Below, piece after piece: positions 27,192 to 36,678 of a stretch of DNA of 64,000 nucleotides. The stretch is from Candidatus Eiseniibacteriota bacterium. GTDB taxonomy: Bacteria; Orphanbacterota; Orphanbacteria; Orphanbacterales; Orphanbacteraceae. The DNA is taken from positions 717 through 64,716 of the forward strand of contig VGIW01000007.1 of the NCBI GenBank assembly GCA_016867715.1, written 5' to 3'. The position numbers and the translations under genes were made by a program. The notes under the pieces are model-generated. The model saw nothing but the letters and a program-made list of their open reading frames with translations. It had not been told where the DNA came from and searched no databases. Every line of letters starts with the position of its first letter. Within the stretch, counting starts at the first letter, position 1.

Positions 27192-29097
27192 TGAGGTGAT
27201 CGACGTGAGGAATCGAATTCGGCTCGCTCTTGCTCTTCTCTTCTTCGCTTCCGGCGCGATCGCCCCTCTCCTCGCGCAATCGGCGGGGATCGGCCCGCTC
27301 TCCGACGAGGAGATCCTTCGGCGCGTCCGAACGGCGCCCGCCGAGAACTCGAAGCCCGATCTCGACGCGCTCGTTCTCTTCGACGGCGTCTTCGTCTCGT
27401 TCCGGGACGGGAAGGCCGAGATGCGCCGCCAGCGTCTCACGAGGATCTACACCGAGTGGGCGATGGACGAGCTCGGGGATCCCCGCATCGCGCACGATCG
27501 AAGCCGCCAGGAGCTCGTGATTCACGCGAGCCGCACGGTTCTCGCGGACGGCCGGATCGTGGACGCACCCGAGAACGCGTTCAACGATGTGACGCCCGAC
27601 GGGCTCGATCGTTCGACCGACCATATCGACATCCGCGAGATGGTCGTGACGCACACCGGGCTCGAACCGGGCGCGATGGTTCTTCTCGATTGGACGGTGC
27701 GCGACACGGTTCCGCGGGAACCGCACCCCGGTTTCGCGATCTTTCCTCACGGGAGCTACCCGGTCTTGGAGATGACGATCGCGGCCGAGGGTCTTCACGG
27801 CGAGGTCGTCCGTCCCCGCGACGCGCTCTTCGACATCCCCGACGCGGGCAAGGAGGCGAGACACCTCGTCTGGCGTCTCGACGACCTGCACGCCGTTCCT
27901 CCTCTCCGCGGGCACGAAGGGGATCAGCTCCCGTGGATCGCGCTCTCTCCCTCGGAGTCCTGGGACGAGGTCGTCGGCCCGGTCGCGAGAAGCATCGAGA
28001 ACGCGGCGGCGGAAAGGGAAGGGCTCTCCGCGGCGATCGAGAAAGTGGAAAAGGAGAAGCCTCTTCTCGGGGACCGCGAGGCGCTGGAGCGGTTCGCCAA
28101 GATGGCGGCCGACCGAACGACGCTCGTTGCGTACGGGCCGTGTCGGTATCAGCTCCCGCCGAGAAGCGCGCAAACCCTCCTCGAGAGGGGCACCGCGACC
28201 CCGCTGGAAAGAGCCGTTCTTCTTCTCGCCTTCTGCGAGGAGCGCGATCTCGCGGCCGAAATCATCTTCCCCGGCCGGTGGAAGGATCTCCCGGTCCGAA
28301 CTCCCGCGCTCGGGGCTTTGGGGCATCCGATGCTCCGCGTCGCGGGAGGGCACGGCGAGGTTTGGTGGGTCGATCCGACCGACGGAGCGGTCGCCGCGAC
28401 CCCGCCGTTCGGTTCAGGGATCGAGTATTTCATAATCAATGGAAAGGAGCCCGTGCGGGAGCGGTCTCCCCTGCACGCGAACCGGGTCGAGATCGCCGTG
28501 TATTGGGACCTCGTCTCGGGAGAGGGGAAGTGCGAGGGGATGGTCTCGGGGCCGCACGCGGCGGATCTTGGCATCGAGAACCCCGAGAGCTTCATCGAGA
28601 AGTGGCTCGGGGAATGGAGCGAAGACGCGGAGGCGGCAGAGGTCCGCATCCCCGAATCGCGTCCCGGGCGCTTGATCTTCTCCGGAAGCGCGAAGGCGCC
28701 GCTTTCCGCTCCGGACGATCGGGGACGAATCCTCGTCGCTCTTCCCGTCGCGCCGATCGCCGTGGGGGATCTCCTCCCCTCGCCGCCGAACCCGGCTCAC
28801 GGAACGTCCGACCGTCTCCTCTTCTCTCCCGCTCCGGTCGAGGTGAGCGTCACCTGGAAGCTGCGGGCGCCGCAAGACCGCGCGGTTCTCCCGGGCGAAA
28901 GCGCGGAGGAAGTGTGCGCGGGGGGCGAGTTCTCATTCCGGCGGAACGGAGAGGGAGAGATAATCGAGGCGAACTACACGCTTCTCTGGGACGGTCGGTC
29001 GGTCGGCACGGACGCCTACCGCGAGTTCCGCGCGTTCCGCTCCCGTGTTCTCGACGAGAGGCTGACGCGGATCGTGCTCGAGGCGAAGGAGAAGTAG
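27178..29097 (+). CDS. DUF3858/DUF3857-like secreted protein, partner of the transglutaminase-like protein
   Basis: About 640 aa. The N-terminus holds a signal-peptide-like segment RNRIRLALALLFFASGAIAPLLAQ. The start is ambiguous: an ATG at 27178 overlaps the upstream stop, with in-frame GTG alternatives just downstream. Such TGase-like/DUF3858 gene pairs recur in FCB-group genomes. Confidence 0.65.
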   Translation: MPSDSEVIDVRNRIRLALALLFFASGAIAPLLAQSAGIGPLSDEEILRRVRTAPAENSKPDLDALVLFDGVFVSFRDGKAEMRRQRLTRIYTEWAMDELGDPRIAHDRSRQELVIHASRTVLADGRIVDAPENAFNDVTPDGLDRSTDHIDIREMVVTHTGLEPGAMVLLDWTVRDTVPREPHPGFAIFPHGSYPVLEMTIAAEGLHGEVVRPRDALFDIPDAGKEARHLVWRLDDLHAVPPLRGHEGDQLPWIALSPSESWDEVVGPVARSIENAAAEREGLSAAIEKVEKEKPLLGDREALERFAKMAADRTTLVAYGPCRYQLPPRSAQTLLERGTATPLERAVLLLAFCEERDLAAEIIFPGRWKDLPVRTPALGALGHPMLRVAGGHGEVWWVDPTDGAVAATPPFGSGIEYFIINGKEPVRERSPLHANRVEIAVYWDLVSGEGKCEGMVSGPHAADLGIENPESFIEKWLGEWSEDAEAAEVRIPESRPGRLIFSGSAKAPLSAPDDRGRILVALPVAPIAVGDLLPSPPNPAHGTSDRLLFSPAPVEVSVTWKLRAPQDRAVLPGESAEEVCAGGEFSFRRNGEGEIIEANYTLLWDGRSVGTDAYREFRAFRSRVLDERLTRIVLEAKEK

Positions 29098-29208
29098 GCT
29101 TCGGATTCCGGGGACGCAACACCCGTTGTGCGAGACACGGGACGGGACGCGCGGGATCCCGATCTCGAACGGAGCGAAAGAGAGATTCCGTCCCTGGAAA
29201 CGCCCTTC

Positions 29209-29252
29209 GATGGTGACAGACACGATCCTCCGAGACGGTGTCTGTCACCATC
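29209..29252 (+). terminator. Strong hairpin terminator (15-bp perfect stem GATGGTGACAGACAC / GTGTCTGTCACCATC, 14-nt loop) followed by TTTCC
   Basis: A perfect inverted repeat read directly from the sequence. It lies in the convergent gap between the DUF3858 gene (+) and the SPFH gene (-). Confidence 0.6.
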
Positions 29253-29267
29253 TTTCCATATCCGAGA

Positions 29268-30041
29268 CTACCCCTTCGGGGCTCGTCCCGAGCGGTCCAT
29301 GCTATCGATCATGCCGCGCAAGAGCTCGATCGGAATCGGGAACAGGATCGTCGAGTTCTTCTCCGCCGAGATCTCGGTCAGCGTTTGCAGGTAGCGGAGC
29401 TGGATCGCCACCGGCTCCGCGGCGATCGTATGAGCGGCCTCCGTGAGCTTCCCGGCCGCCTGGAACTCGCCTTCCGCGTGAATCACCTTCGCGCGGCGCT
29501 CCCGCTCCGCCTCCGCCTGTCGGGCGATCGCCCGCTGCATCTCCTGAGGCAAGTCGACGTCCTTCACCTCGACCGCCACGACCTTGATCCCCCAAGGATC
29601 GGTTCTCTCATCGAGGATCTGTTGAAGCTGCTGGTTGATCTTCTCTCGGTTCGCGAGAAGGTCGTCCAGCTCATGTTCTCCGAGCACGCTCCGGAGCGTC
29701 GTCTGCGCCATCTGCGACGTCGCGTAGAGGAACTTCTCCACCGCGACGATCGCCTTCTGGGCGTCCATCACCTGGAAGTAGAGGACGGCGTTCACCTTGA
29801 CGCTCACGTTGTCGCGTGTGATCACGTCCTGCGGGGGGACATCCATCGCGAGCACGCGGAGCGACACCTTCACCATCCGGTCGATGATCGGGACGAGAAG
29901 GACAAGGCCTGGGCCTTTCGAGCCGACGAGGCGTCCGAGCCGAAAGACGACGCCGCGCTCGTATTCGCGAAGAACGCGGACGGCGCTTCCGAAGAGCATG
30001 AGGAGGAGGATCAAGACGATGCTGAGAGAGGGGCCGTACAT
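29268..30041 (-). CDS. SPFH/band-7 (stomatin-like, slipin) membrane protein
   Basis: 257 aa from [18 protein letters not shown]... with band-7 core [33 protein letters not shown]...[16 protein letters not shown]. The ORF-track upstream extension is junk. Confidence 0.9.
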   Translation of the reverse strand: MYGPSLSIVLILLLMLFGSAVRVLREYERGVVFRLGRLVGSKGPGLVLLVPIIDRMVKVSLRVLAMDVPPQDVITRDNVSVKVNAVLYFQVMDAQKAIVAVEKFLYATSQMAQTTLRSVLGEHELDDLLANREKINQQLQQILDERTDPWGIKVVAVEVKDVDLPQEMQRAIARQAEAERERRAKVIHAEGEFQAAGKLTEAAHTIAAEPVAIQLRYLQTLTEISAEKNSTILFPIPIELLRGMIDSMDRSGRAPKG

Positions 30042-30046
30042 CACGT

Positions 30047-31420
30047 CTACCCGTCCTTTCTTTCCTGGTCCGCCGGACGGACCTCGAGAACCAAACCGTC
30101 CACCTTTTCGATGACGATCCTCGTTCCGGCCGCAACCGGCCGATCCGACACGGCCGACCAGTGCGCGCCCGCGACGAACACGGTCCCCTTCGGCGCGATC
30201 TCGGTGCGGGCGACGCCGATCTCCCCGACGAGGCCGCGCCGCCCGGTCGTCGGCTTCTTCCGCCTCGTCCGGAAGGCCATCGCGAGGGCGAAGACGAAGA
30301 ACGCGACGGTCACCGCCACCGCCGGGAGAACCACCGCGAGCGAAACGCGCAGGAACGGAGCCGGAGAGCGGAAGAGGAGAACCGACCCCAAGACGAGGGC
30401 CGCGACACCGCCCGCGGTCAGCACTCCAAAGCTCGGGGTGAACAGCTCCGCCACGAAGAAACCGACGCCGAGAATCATGAGAAGAAGCCCCGTGTAGTTG
30501 ATGGAGAAACTTTTTAGCGCGAAGAGAGCGAGCACCAGACAGATCGCTCCGACCACGCCCGGGAAGACCGTTCCAGGAGAGGAGATCTCGAAGAACAAAC
30601 CGTAGAAACCGAGAAGGAGGAGGATGTAGGCGACCGTGGGATCGTTCAGAAAGGCGAGGAAGCGATAGCGCCGGCTCATCGAGAACTCCTCGACGTCGGG
30701 GTCCCGCAGCGAGAGCACGAGGGCTTCGCCCTCCGAATCGCGGACCTCCATGCCGTCGAGCTTCTCGAAGAGCTCCGCGCGGCTCGCGGCGACGCAATCG
30801 GCGATTCCGATCGCGACCGCCTCGTTCGCCGGGGTCGATTCGCTCGCGCGCACCGCTCGCTCCGCCCATTCCGGGTCGCGGCCCTTCTCCTCGGCGATGC
30901 TCCGGAGATACGCCACCGCGTCGTTCGTCGCCTTGTCGGAGAGGGTGGAGTCCATTTGGGCGCCGCCGATGTTCACCGGATGCGCGGCTCCGATGTTCGT
31001 TCCGGGGGCCATCGCGACGGCGTGCGCGGCCATCGCGATGAAGGCGCCGGCCGAGGCCGCTCTCGATCCGCTCGGGGAAACATAGACGATGACCGGAACC
31101 TCGCTCGAGAGAATCCGCTTCACGATGTCGCGCATCGCCGTGTCGAGCCCGCCCGGCGTGTCGAGCTCGATCACGACGGCGTCCGCGGAGCGCTTCTCGG
31201 CTTCGTCGATCGCGTCGACGAGAAAGCTCGAAGCGACGGTTCCGATCACGCCCTGGAACGGAACCCAAAGCACCCGCGGCGGGCGGCCGGAGGGAGAAGC
31301 CGCGTCGGTGAGGGAATCGTCCTCCGAGGGAACGCCCGGGAGGGGAAGAAGAACGAGCCCCGCGAGAAACAGAATCGCGCACGCGGCGGCGCGGGCGGAC
31401 CGGTTCGTCAAGAACTGCAT
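30047..31420 (-). CDS. NfeD-family membrane-bound ClpP-class serine protease (stomatin operon partner)
   Basis: Start [23 protein letters not shown]. ClpP-like periplasmic domain [18 protein letters not shown]...[12 protein letters not shown]-terminal multi-TM region plus an OB-fold tail. It sits immediately upstream of the SPFH gene. Confidence 0.85.
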   Translation of the reverse strand: MQFLTNRSARAAACAILFLAGLVLLPLPGVPSEDDSLTDAASPSGRPPRVLWVPFQGVIGTVASSFLVDAIDEAEKRSADAVVIELDTPGGLDTAMRDIVKRILSSEVPVIVYVSPSGSRAASAGAFIAMAAHAVAMAPGTNIGAAHPVNIGGAQMDSTLSDKATNDAVAYLRSIAEEKGRDPEWAERAVRASESTPANEAVAIGIADCVAASRAELFEKLDGMEVRDSEGEALVLSLRDPDVEEFSMSRRYRFLAFLNDPTVAYILLLLGFYGLFFEISSPGTVFPGVVGAICLVLALFALKSFSINYTGLLLMILGVGFFVAELFTPSFGVLTAGGVAALVLGSVLLFRSPAPFLRVSLAVVLPAVAVTVAFFVFALAMAFRTRRKKPTTGRRGLVGEIGVARTEIAPKGTVFVAGAHWSAVSDRPVAAGTRIVIEKVDGLVLEVRPADQERKDG

Positions 31421-31547
31421 GCGTCCTTCTCGCTTTCCGTCGGTCGATCCGCTCTCCATAGTAATCCTCGGCCGGACGTGCCGCAAGAAGCGAGATCGGG
31501 ACCGTCTTCGGGGCTCCCGCGCCTCGCCCGAATCCTCGAACGCCGTC

Positions 31548-32870
31548 TCACCGCGGAAGAGAGATTCCGGACAGACGGCGGAAGAGGGAGACCGCGTAGC
31601 CGTCGGTCATGCCGGAGACGAAATCGGTCACGCGGAGGATCTTCTCGTAGTCGCTCGCCGATTCCGGGAAGAGCTCCGGCATCCAGGCGCGGATCCGTTC
31701 GTACTCGGGATGCGCGGGCCGGAGCGCGGCGCCGACGAGCCGATCGAGCAGCGCGCCGATCGCCTCGTAGCCGGCGATCTCGATCTCCAGCACTTCCTCG
31801 CACTGGTAGCACCGGCGCGCAACGAGAGCGGTGATCGCGTCGATCTTCTCTTTGGACGGGATCGCGTCCACCAAGGCTCGATCGAACGCGCCCTCCAGAA
31901 TCCCCGCCTCCTCGCGAAGGAAGAGATCCGCCGCCTCGCGAACCAAGACGTCGATCGAGCGGGCGCGGAGATAACCGACGACCGATTTCTCATCGTCCCG
32001 GTCCGCGGGAGATGGGCTCTCGCCTTCTCCCGCGATCGCCTCCAGAAGATCGCGCGCGTCATCGTAGCGGATCTTTCCGAGGCGAAACCCGTCCTCGAGA
32101 TCGAGGATCTGGTAGCAGATGTCGTCGGCCGCCTCGACGAGGAAGGCGAGAGGATGGCGGCACCACCACGCGCTCTTCTCCGAGAGGGGAAGGAGCCCGA
32201 GCGCGTCCGCCGCCGTCCGGAAGATCTCCTTCTCGCTTTGGAAGACGCCGAACTTCCGCGCGCTCCGGCGGGGCCCCGGGTCCTCCTCGAGAAGCGATTC
32301 CCGCGGATACTTGCAGAACGCGCCGAGGGCGGCGTAGGTAAGACGCAGGCCGCCCCGCCCCCTCGCCATCTGAAGACGCGTGAGAACGCGAAGTCCCTGC
32401 GCGTTCCCTTCGAAACGCTTGAAGTCTTCACTTTCCGCGTCCGCGAGGCGCGCGTTCCGGAACCGCTCCGGATCCCGGAACCACGTGCGGATCGCGTCCT
32501 CTCCCGAATGGCCGAAGGGAGGGTTCCCGATGTCGTGCGCCAAGCACGCGGCGGCGACGATGTCCCCGAAATCGCGGGGAGCCGCGATCGGGCCGAGGCC
32601 GTGCTTCTCGGCGAGGCGCGCCCCGACGAGGGTGCCGAGGCTTCTCCCCACGCAGCTCACCTCGAGGCTGTGCGTGAGGCGGGAGTGGACGTGGTCGTTC
32701 TCCGGCATCGGGAAGACCTGCGTTTTGTCGTGCAGCCTCCGGAACGCGGAAGAGAAGACGATGCGATCGTAATCCCTCTGGAACCCGCTTCGCGCGTCCC
32801 CGGACGGCGAGCGGCCTCCGCCGAGCCGTTCCTCGGCGAGAAGCCGTTCCCAACGCATCGCTTTCTTCAT
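31548..32870 (-). CDS. dgt: dGTP triphosphohydrolase-like HD-domain protein (Dgt family)
   Basis: 440 aa from [11 protein letters not shown]...[21 protein letters not shown]...RLTHSLEV...[14 protein letters not shown], which gives HD motifs and dGTPase family blocks. The ORF-track N-terminal extension is junk. Confidence 0.85.
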   Translation of the reverse strand: MKKAMRWERLLAEERLGGGRSPSGDARSGFQRDYDRIVFSSAFRRLHDKTQVFPMPENDHVHSRLTHSLEVSCVGRSLGTLVGARLAEKHGLGPIAAPRDFGDIVAAACLAHDIGNPPFGHSGEDAIRTWFRDPERFRNARLADAESEDFKRFEGNAQGLRVLTRLQMARGRGGLRLTYAALGAFCKYPRESLLEEDPGPRRSARKFGVFQSEKEIFRTAADALGLLPLSEKSAWWCRHPLAFLVEAADDICYQILDLEDGFRLGKIRYDDARDLLEAIAGEGESPSPADRDDEKSVVGYLRARSIDVLVREAADLFLREEAGILEGAFDRALVDAIPSKEKIDAITALVARRCYQCEEVLEIEIAGYEAIGALLDRLVGAALRPAHPEYERIRAWMPELFPESASDYEKILRVTDFVSGMTDGYAVSLFRRLSGISLPR

Positions 32871-33029
32871 GAAGCTCTGCCCTCCCGCGAGCGCCCCGAG
32901 TCTATCGGTCTTCGGACCGCACGGCAAGGCGCCATTCGTCGGCAGCCGAGAGACGATCGCCGTCTCCGCTTCCGGAATGCGGTGCGAAGAGACCCCGCTT
33001 CCGCTATACTGCGCGGGCGGGAGCGACCG

Positions 33030-33833
33030 ATGAAGCAGGTGATGACGATCGCCGGATCCGATTCTGGCGCCGGCGCGGGGATCCAAGCGGATCTCAAGGC
33101 GTTCGCCGCGATGGGGGTTTACGGGACCACCGTGATCACCTCGGTCACGGCGCAAAACACGACCGGGGTCACGGATATCCACGATGTGCCGGTCTCGAAC
33201 ATCCGCGCGCAGATCCGCGCGCTCTTCGACGATTTCGACATCGCCGCCGTGAAGACCGGGATGCTCGCTTCCGCGGAGATCGTCGCGTGCGCCGCGGAGG
33301 AACTTGGGCGCGCGGGGGAGCGTCCGATCGTCGTCGATCCGGTGATGATCGCGGCGAGCCGGGCGGCGCTCATGCGGGAGGGAGCTTTCCCGGAGCTGAT
33401 CGCCCGGCTCCTTCCTCTCGCAACCGTGACGACGCCGAACCTGCACGAGGCGTCGGTGCTCGCGGACATGCGGGTCGAGACGAGCGAGGAGATCCGCGAG
33501 GCGGCGCGGCGGATCCGCGATCTCGGGAGCCGCTGGGTGCTGGTCAAGGGAGGGCACGGCGAGGGGAAGGAAGCCGTGGACGTCCTCTACGACGGCCGTA
33601 CGTTTCTCGAGTTCCGGGCGCCTCGTCTTGTGACCCGCTGTGTGCACGGAACGGGATGCACCTTCGCGTCGGCTCTCGCCGCGAGGCTCGCTCTCGGCGA
33701 GTCGGTGCCGCGCGCCGCGCGAAACGCGAAGGTCTTCATCACGGAAGCGATACGCCGCGGCATCGAGGTCGGACGAGGCAACGGCCCGACGAACCCGCTC
33801 TATCTGTTGCCGGAGTGGACGATTGATGCCTGA
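33030..33833 (+). CDS. thiD: Hydroxymethylpyrimidine / phosphomethylpyrimidine kinase ThiD
   Basis: 267 aa: [44 protein letters not shown]...VKTGML...VVDPVM...KGGH...[12 protein letters not shown]. Full set of ThiD/PdxK ribokinase-fold motifs. Confidence 0.9.
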   Translation: MKQVMTIAGSDSGAGAGIQADLKAFAAMGVYGTTVITSVTAQNTTGVTDIHDVPVSNIRAQIRALFDDFDIAAVKTGMLASAEIVACAAEELGRAGERPIVVDPVMIAASRAALMREGAFPELIARLLPLATVTTPNLHEASVLADMRVETSEEIREAARRIRDLGSRWVLVKGGHGEGKEAVDVLYDGRTFLEFRAPRLVTRCVHGTGCTFASALAARLALGESVPRAARNAKVFITEAIRRGIEVGRGNGPTNPLYLLPEWTIDA

Positions 33834-33911
33834 ACGAACCGGCAGGTCGGAAGGGATTTCCGCGCGAGGGAGATCTTTCACGTATCAAGTCGATATCCCC
33901 GGGGGGCGCAC

Positions 33912-34460
33912 ATGAACCGGCGGGCGATCGCGATCGGGGATTTTCTGGTCCGATCGCACCATCTCTGGGACTCCCAGTGGCTTTTGCTCGCCGTGGGGGA
34001 TTTCTCGAAGGGCGACTACAACGCGATGGCGGTTGGTTGGGGGAGTTTCGGCACGATGTGGTCGAAGCCGTTCGCTCAAGTGGTCGTCCGCCCCACGCGC
34101 CACACGTTCGAGTTCATGAACCGCCACGCCGGCTTCACGCTCTCTGCCTTTCCCGAGGAGCATCGGAACGACGTCTGGCTTCTCGGAACCTCATCGGGCC
34201 GCGATGGCGACAAGATCGCGCGGACGAGCCTGACGCCCGTCCCGTCCTCGCGCGTGGCCGCTCCATCGTTCGCCGAGGCGGAACTCGTCGTCGAGTGCGT
34301 GAAGATGTACTGGCAAGACATGGATCCGGCTTGTTTTCTCGTCCCCGAGATCGAGGAGAAGTATCCCGAGCGAGATTATCACCGAATCTACTACGGTGAG
34401 ATCGTCGCGGTGTTCGGAACGGATCGATTCCGTTCACCGGAGCCGCCCGCGAAGGAATAA
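33912..34460 (+). CDS. Flavin-reductase-like (FMN-binding split-barrel) domain protein
   Basis: 182 aa: NAMAVGWGSFGTMWSKPFAQVVVRPTRHTFEFM...FTLSAF, typical of PF01613-like flavin reductase domains. Confidence 0.65.
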   Translation: MNRRAIAIGDFLVRSHHLWDSQWLLLAVGDFSKGDYNAMAVGWGSFGTMWSKPFAQVVVRPTRHTFEFMNRHAGFTLSAFPEEHRNDVWLLGTSSGRDGDKIARTSLTPVPSSRVAAPSFAEAELVVECVKMYWQDMDPACFLVPEIEEKYPERDYHRIYYGEIVAVFGTDRFRSPEPPAKE

Positions 34461-34517
34461 CCGCCGAGTCCGCCGATCGGAGCGGCCGACGGACGGACGC
34501 CAAGCAAGGAGCGAGGA

Positions 34518-35027
34518 ATGGAAGAGAGAGTGAAAAACAACCGGCCGCCGGGATCGCCGACGAGCGGAGAGCCGCATGCAGGCCGCGAGGAGCCGCCTCT
34601 CGACCGCAGGCTCGTCCCTGCGGATCGAGCCAAGCGGGCGGGCGCCTTCTTCATCGATTGGTTCATCGGGTTTCTTCTCGGGATGATCCCTGCGATCGGA
34701 TGGCTGGCGGGGTCGGCCTACATGCTTCTCCGCGACGGTTTCTCGAGCGGGATCCTCGACCGCCGCAGTCTCGGGAAGAAGGCGATGCGCATCCGGCCGG
34801 TTGTGCTGGCCGGATCGCCGGTCACGTTTGCCATCTCGGCGCGCCGAAACGTCATCTTCGCGGTTCCGCTCCTTCTTCTCGTGATCCCCGTTCTCGGGCT
34901 CGTGCTCGCGCCCGCCGCGTCGATCGTGATCCTCATCATCGAGACCGGGCTCGTTCTCACGGATCGCGACGGCCGCCGTTACGGCGATCGTATCGCAGGG
35001 ACGCTGGTCGTCGAGTCGGAGGGCTGA
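34518..35027 (+). CDS. RDD-family membrane protein
   Basis: 169 aa with RAGAFFIDWFIGFLLGMIPAIGW...LLRDG and three or four TM segments, matching the RDD (Arg-Asp-Asp) family layout. Confidence 0.65.
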   Translation: MEERVKNNRPPGSPTSGEPHAGREEPPLDRRLVPADRAKRAGAFFIDWFIGFLLGMIPAIGWLAGSAYMLLRDGFSSGILDRRSLGKKAMRIRPVVLAGSPVTFAISARRNVIFAVPLLLLVIPVLGLVLAPAASIVILIIETGLVLTDRDGRRYGDRIAGTLVVESEG

Positions 35028-35065
35028 TCCCCGAGGGCGGAAGAGACCCTTCCCGGAAAGAAGAA

Positions 35066-35093
35066 GGGCGAGGGACGCGTCGCTCCCTCGCCC
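35066..35093. terminator. Bidirectional hairpin (GGGCGAGGGA, 8-nt loop, TCCCTCGCCC) between convergent genes
   Basis: A 10-bp perfect stem read from the sequence, between the RDD gene (+) and the fumarase beta gene (-). Confidence 0.5.
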
Positions 35094-35114
35094 GCGACTT
35101 CGCGGCAGCCGTTC

Positions 35115-35693
35115 CTACTTCTTCAAGAGCTCCTCGAACGCCTTCTTCGATTCGTCCCGCACCTTCTCGTGAATGCTTGTGCCGTGCGAATCGATCGTGA
35201 CGATCACCGGGAAGTCCTCGACGCGAATCACCCAGAACGCCTCGGGCGTCCCGAACTCCTCGAGCTTGTGGACGTCGACGACTTCCTTCACCGATTGGGC
35301 GATCGATGTGCCGCAGCCGCCCACCGCGTGGAAGTAGACGGCGCCGAACTTCCGGCACGCTTCCTTGGTCGACTCGCCCATGCCGCCCTTCCCGATCACG
35401 CCGCGCACCGTGTAACTCTCGATCACCTTCGCCTGATACGGCTCCTCGCGGGCGCTCGTGGTCGGTCCCGCGGCGACGAACGTCCACTTGCTTCCTTCCT
35501 TCCTCACGACCGGTCCGCAATGATAGATGACTCCCTCGCGGAGCAAATCGTCGAGAAAATGAGGCCGCTCTTCCACCATCAGTTTGTGTCCGGCGTCCCG
35601 CGCGAGGACGACGATCCCGCTCAAGAGGACCGTGTCCCCCGCCTTCAGCTCGCGGATCTTCTTCTCCGGGATCGGGATTTCAAGCCTCAGCAT
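35115..35693 (-). CDS. Class I (Fe-S) fumarate hydratase / L(+)-tartrate dehydratase beta subunit
   Basis: 192 aa. KAGDTVLLSGIVVLARDAGHKL...GPVVRKEGSKW...AVGGCG matches the FumB/TtdB C-terminal family. Confidence 0.85.
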   Translation of the reverse strand: MLRLEIPIPEKKIRELKAGDTVLLSGIVVLARDAGHKLMVEERPHFLDDLLREGVIYHCGPVVRKEGSKWTFVAAGPTTSAREEPYQAKVIESYTVRGVIGKGGMGESTKEACRKFGAVYFHAVGGCGTSIAQSVKEVVDVHKLEEFGTPEAFWVIRVEDFPVIVTIDSHGTSIHEKVRDESKKAFEELLKK

Positions 35694-36558
35694 AGACCGC
35701 CTCTCCGTTTCTCAACGTCATCTCCTTGCGCCGGCACGCCCAGCACATATAGGAAACGGCGACATAGAATGTGGCCGGATGACGGTGCTGCTTAGCGGCG
35801 AACACGCCGAGCACCGTCGTCTTTCCGCCGAACCCCATCGGACCGATCCCGAGCTTGTTCAGATCGGCGTGAAGCTCCTTCTCGAAGGCGTCGAGGATCG
35901 GATCCTCGTTCTTCGACCCGAGGCGGCGGAAGAACTGCTCCTTCGAGAGAAGATAAGAGGTCGAGCGATCTCCGCCGATCCCGATCCCGACGACGCCCGG
36001 GGCGCATCCCATTCCCTGCGCTTTGAACACGGCGTCGAGCACGACCTTCCGCACCCCCTTGAGGTCGCGGCCGGCTCCGAGCGCGCCCTCCGGGAGCTTG
36101 TACTGCGTCCCGACGTTCTCGCTTCCGCCCCCCTTCAGCATCAGCCTCACCAAGGTCTCGCTCTTCTCCCACGCCTTGAACGACGCGTACGGGGCGTTCG
36201 TCCCGATGTTGGTCCCCGAGTTCTTCCCGGTCACGGGATCGACCGCGTTCGGCCGAAGAAGGACCTCCTTCGTCGCCTTCTCCGCGGCGGTCTCGATCGC
36301 CTTCCGGAAAGCGATCGTGTCCGCCCCCACCGGGTGATGGACATAGAAGACGAGAGAGCCCGTGTCTTGGCAAATCGGGGTCGCGTTCTCGCGCGCCATC
36401 CGAACGTTGTCGAGAATCGCCGCGAAGGTGTTCGCCGCCGTGCCTCCCGGCGGCTCCATCTTCTCCGCGCCCCGAAGCGCCTTCTCCACGTCCGAGGGAA
36501 GGTCGGTGGAGGCGCTCCGGATCAGCGTGAAGAGCTGTTCGACCAGTTTGTCGTTCAT
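35680..36558 (-). CDS. Class I (Fe-S) fumarate hydratase / tartrate dehydratase alpha subunit
   Basis: Start MNDKLVEQLFTLIRSAS with RBS GAGGTGG. ...ICQDTGSLVFYV... holds the Cys ligand region of hydro-lyase Fe-S alpha subunits. It overlaps the beta gene by 14 nt. Confidence 0.85.
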   Translation of the reverse strand: MNDKLVEQLFTLIRSASTDLPSDVEKALRGAEKMEPPGGTAANTFAAILDNVRMARENATPICQDTGSLVFYVHHPVGADTIAFRKAIETAAEKATKEVLLRPNAVDPVTGKNSGTNIGTNAPYASFKAWEKSETLVRLMLKGGGSENVGTQYKLPEGALGAGRDLKGVRKVVLDAVFKAQGMGCAPGVVGIGIGGDRSTSYLLSKEQFFRRLGSKNEDPILDAFEKELHADLNKLGIGPMGFGGKTTVLGVFAAKQHRHPATFYVAVSYMCWACRRKEMTLRNGEAVYAEA

Positions 36559-36678
36559 GCACCACCTCTGTCGGAAGAAACGAAACACATCTTCCGTCGA
36601 AACGAGAAATCGCGCGGGCCTTCGGCGAGCGGGAGAGGCCGGCGGGGCGTCTCCCCGCCCGACGCGGGCGGGATCGTC

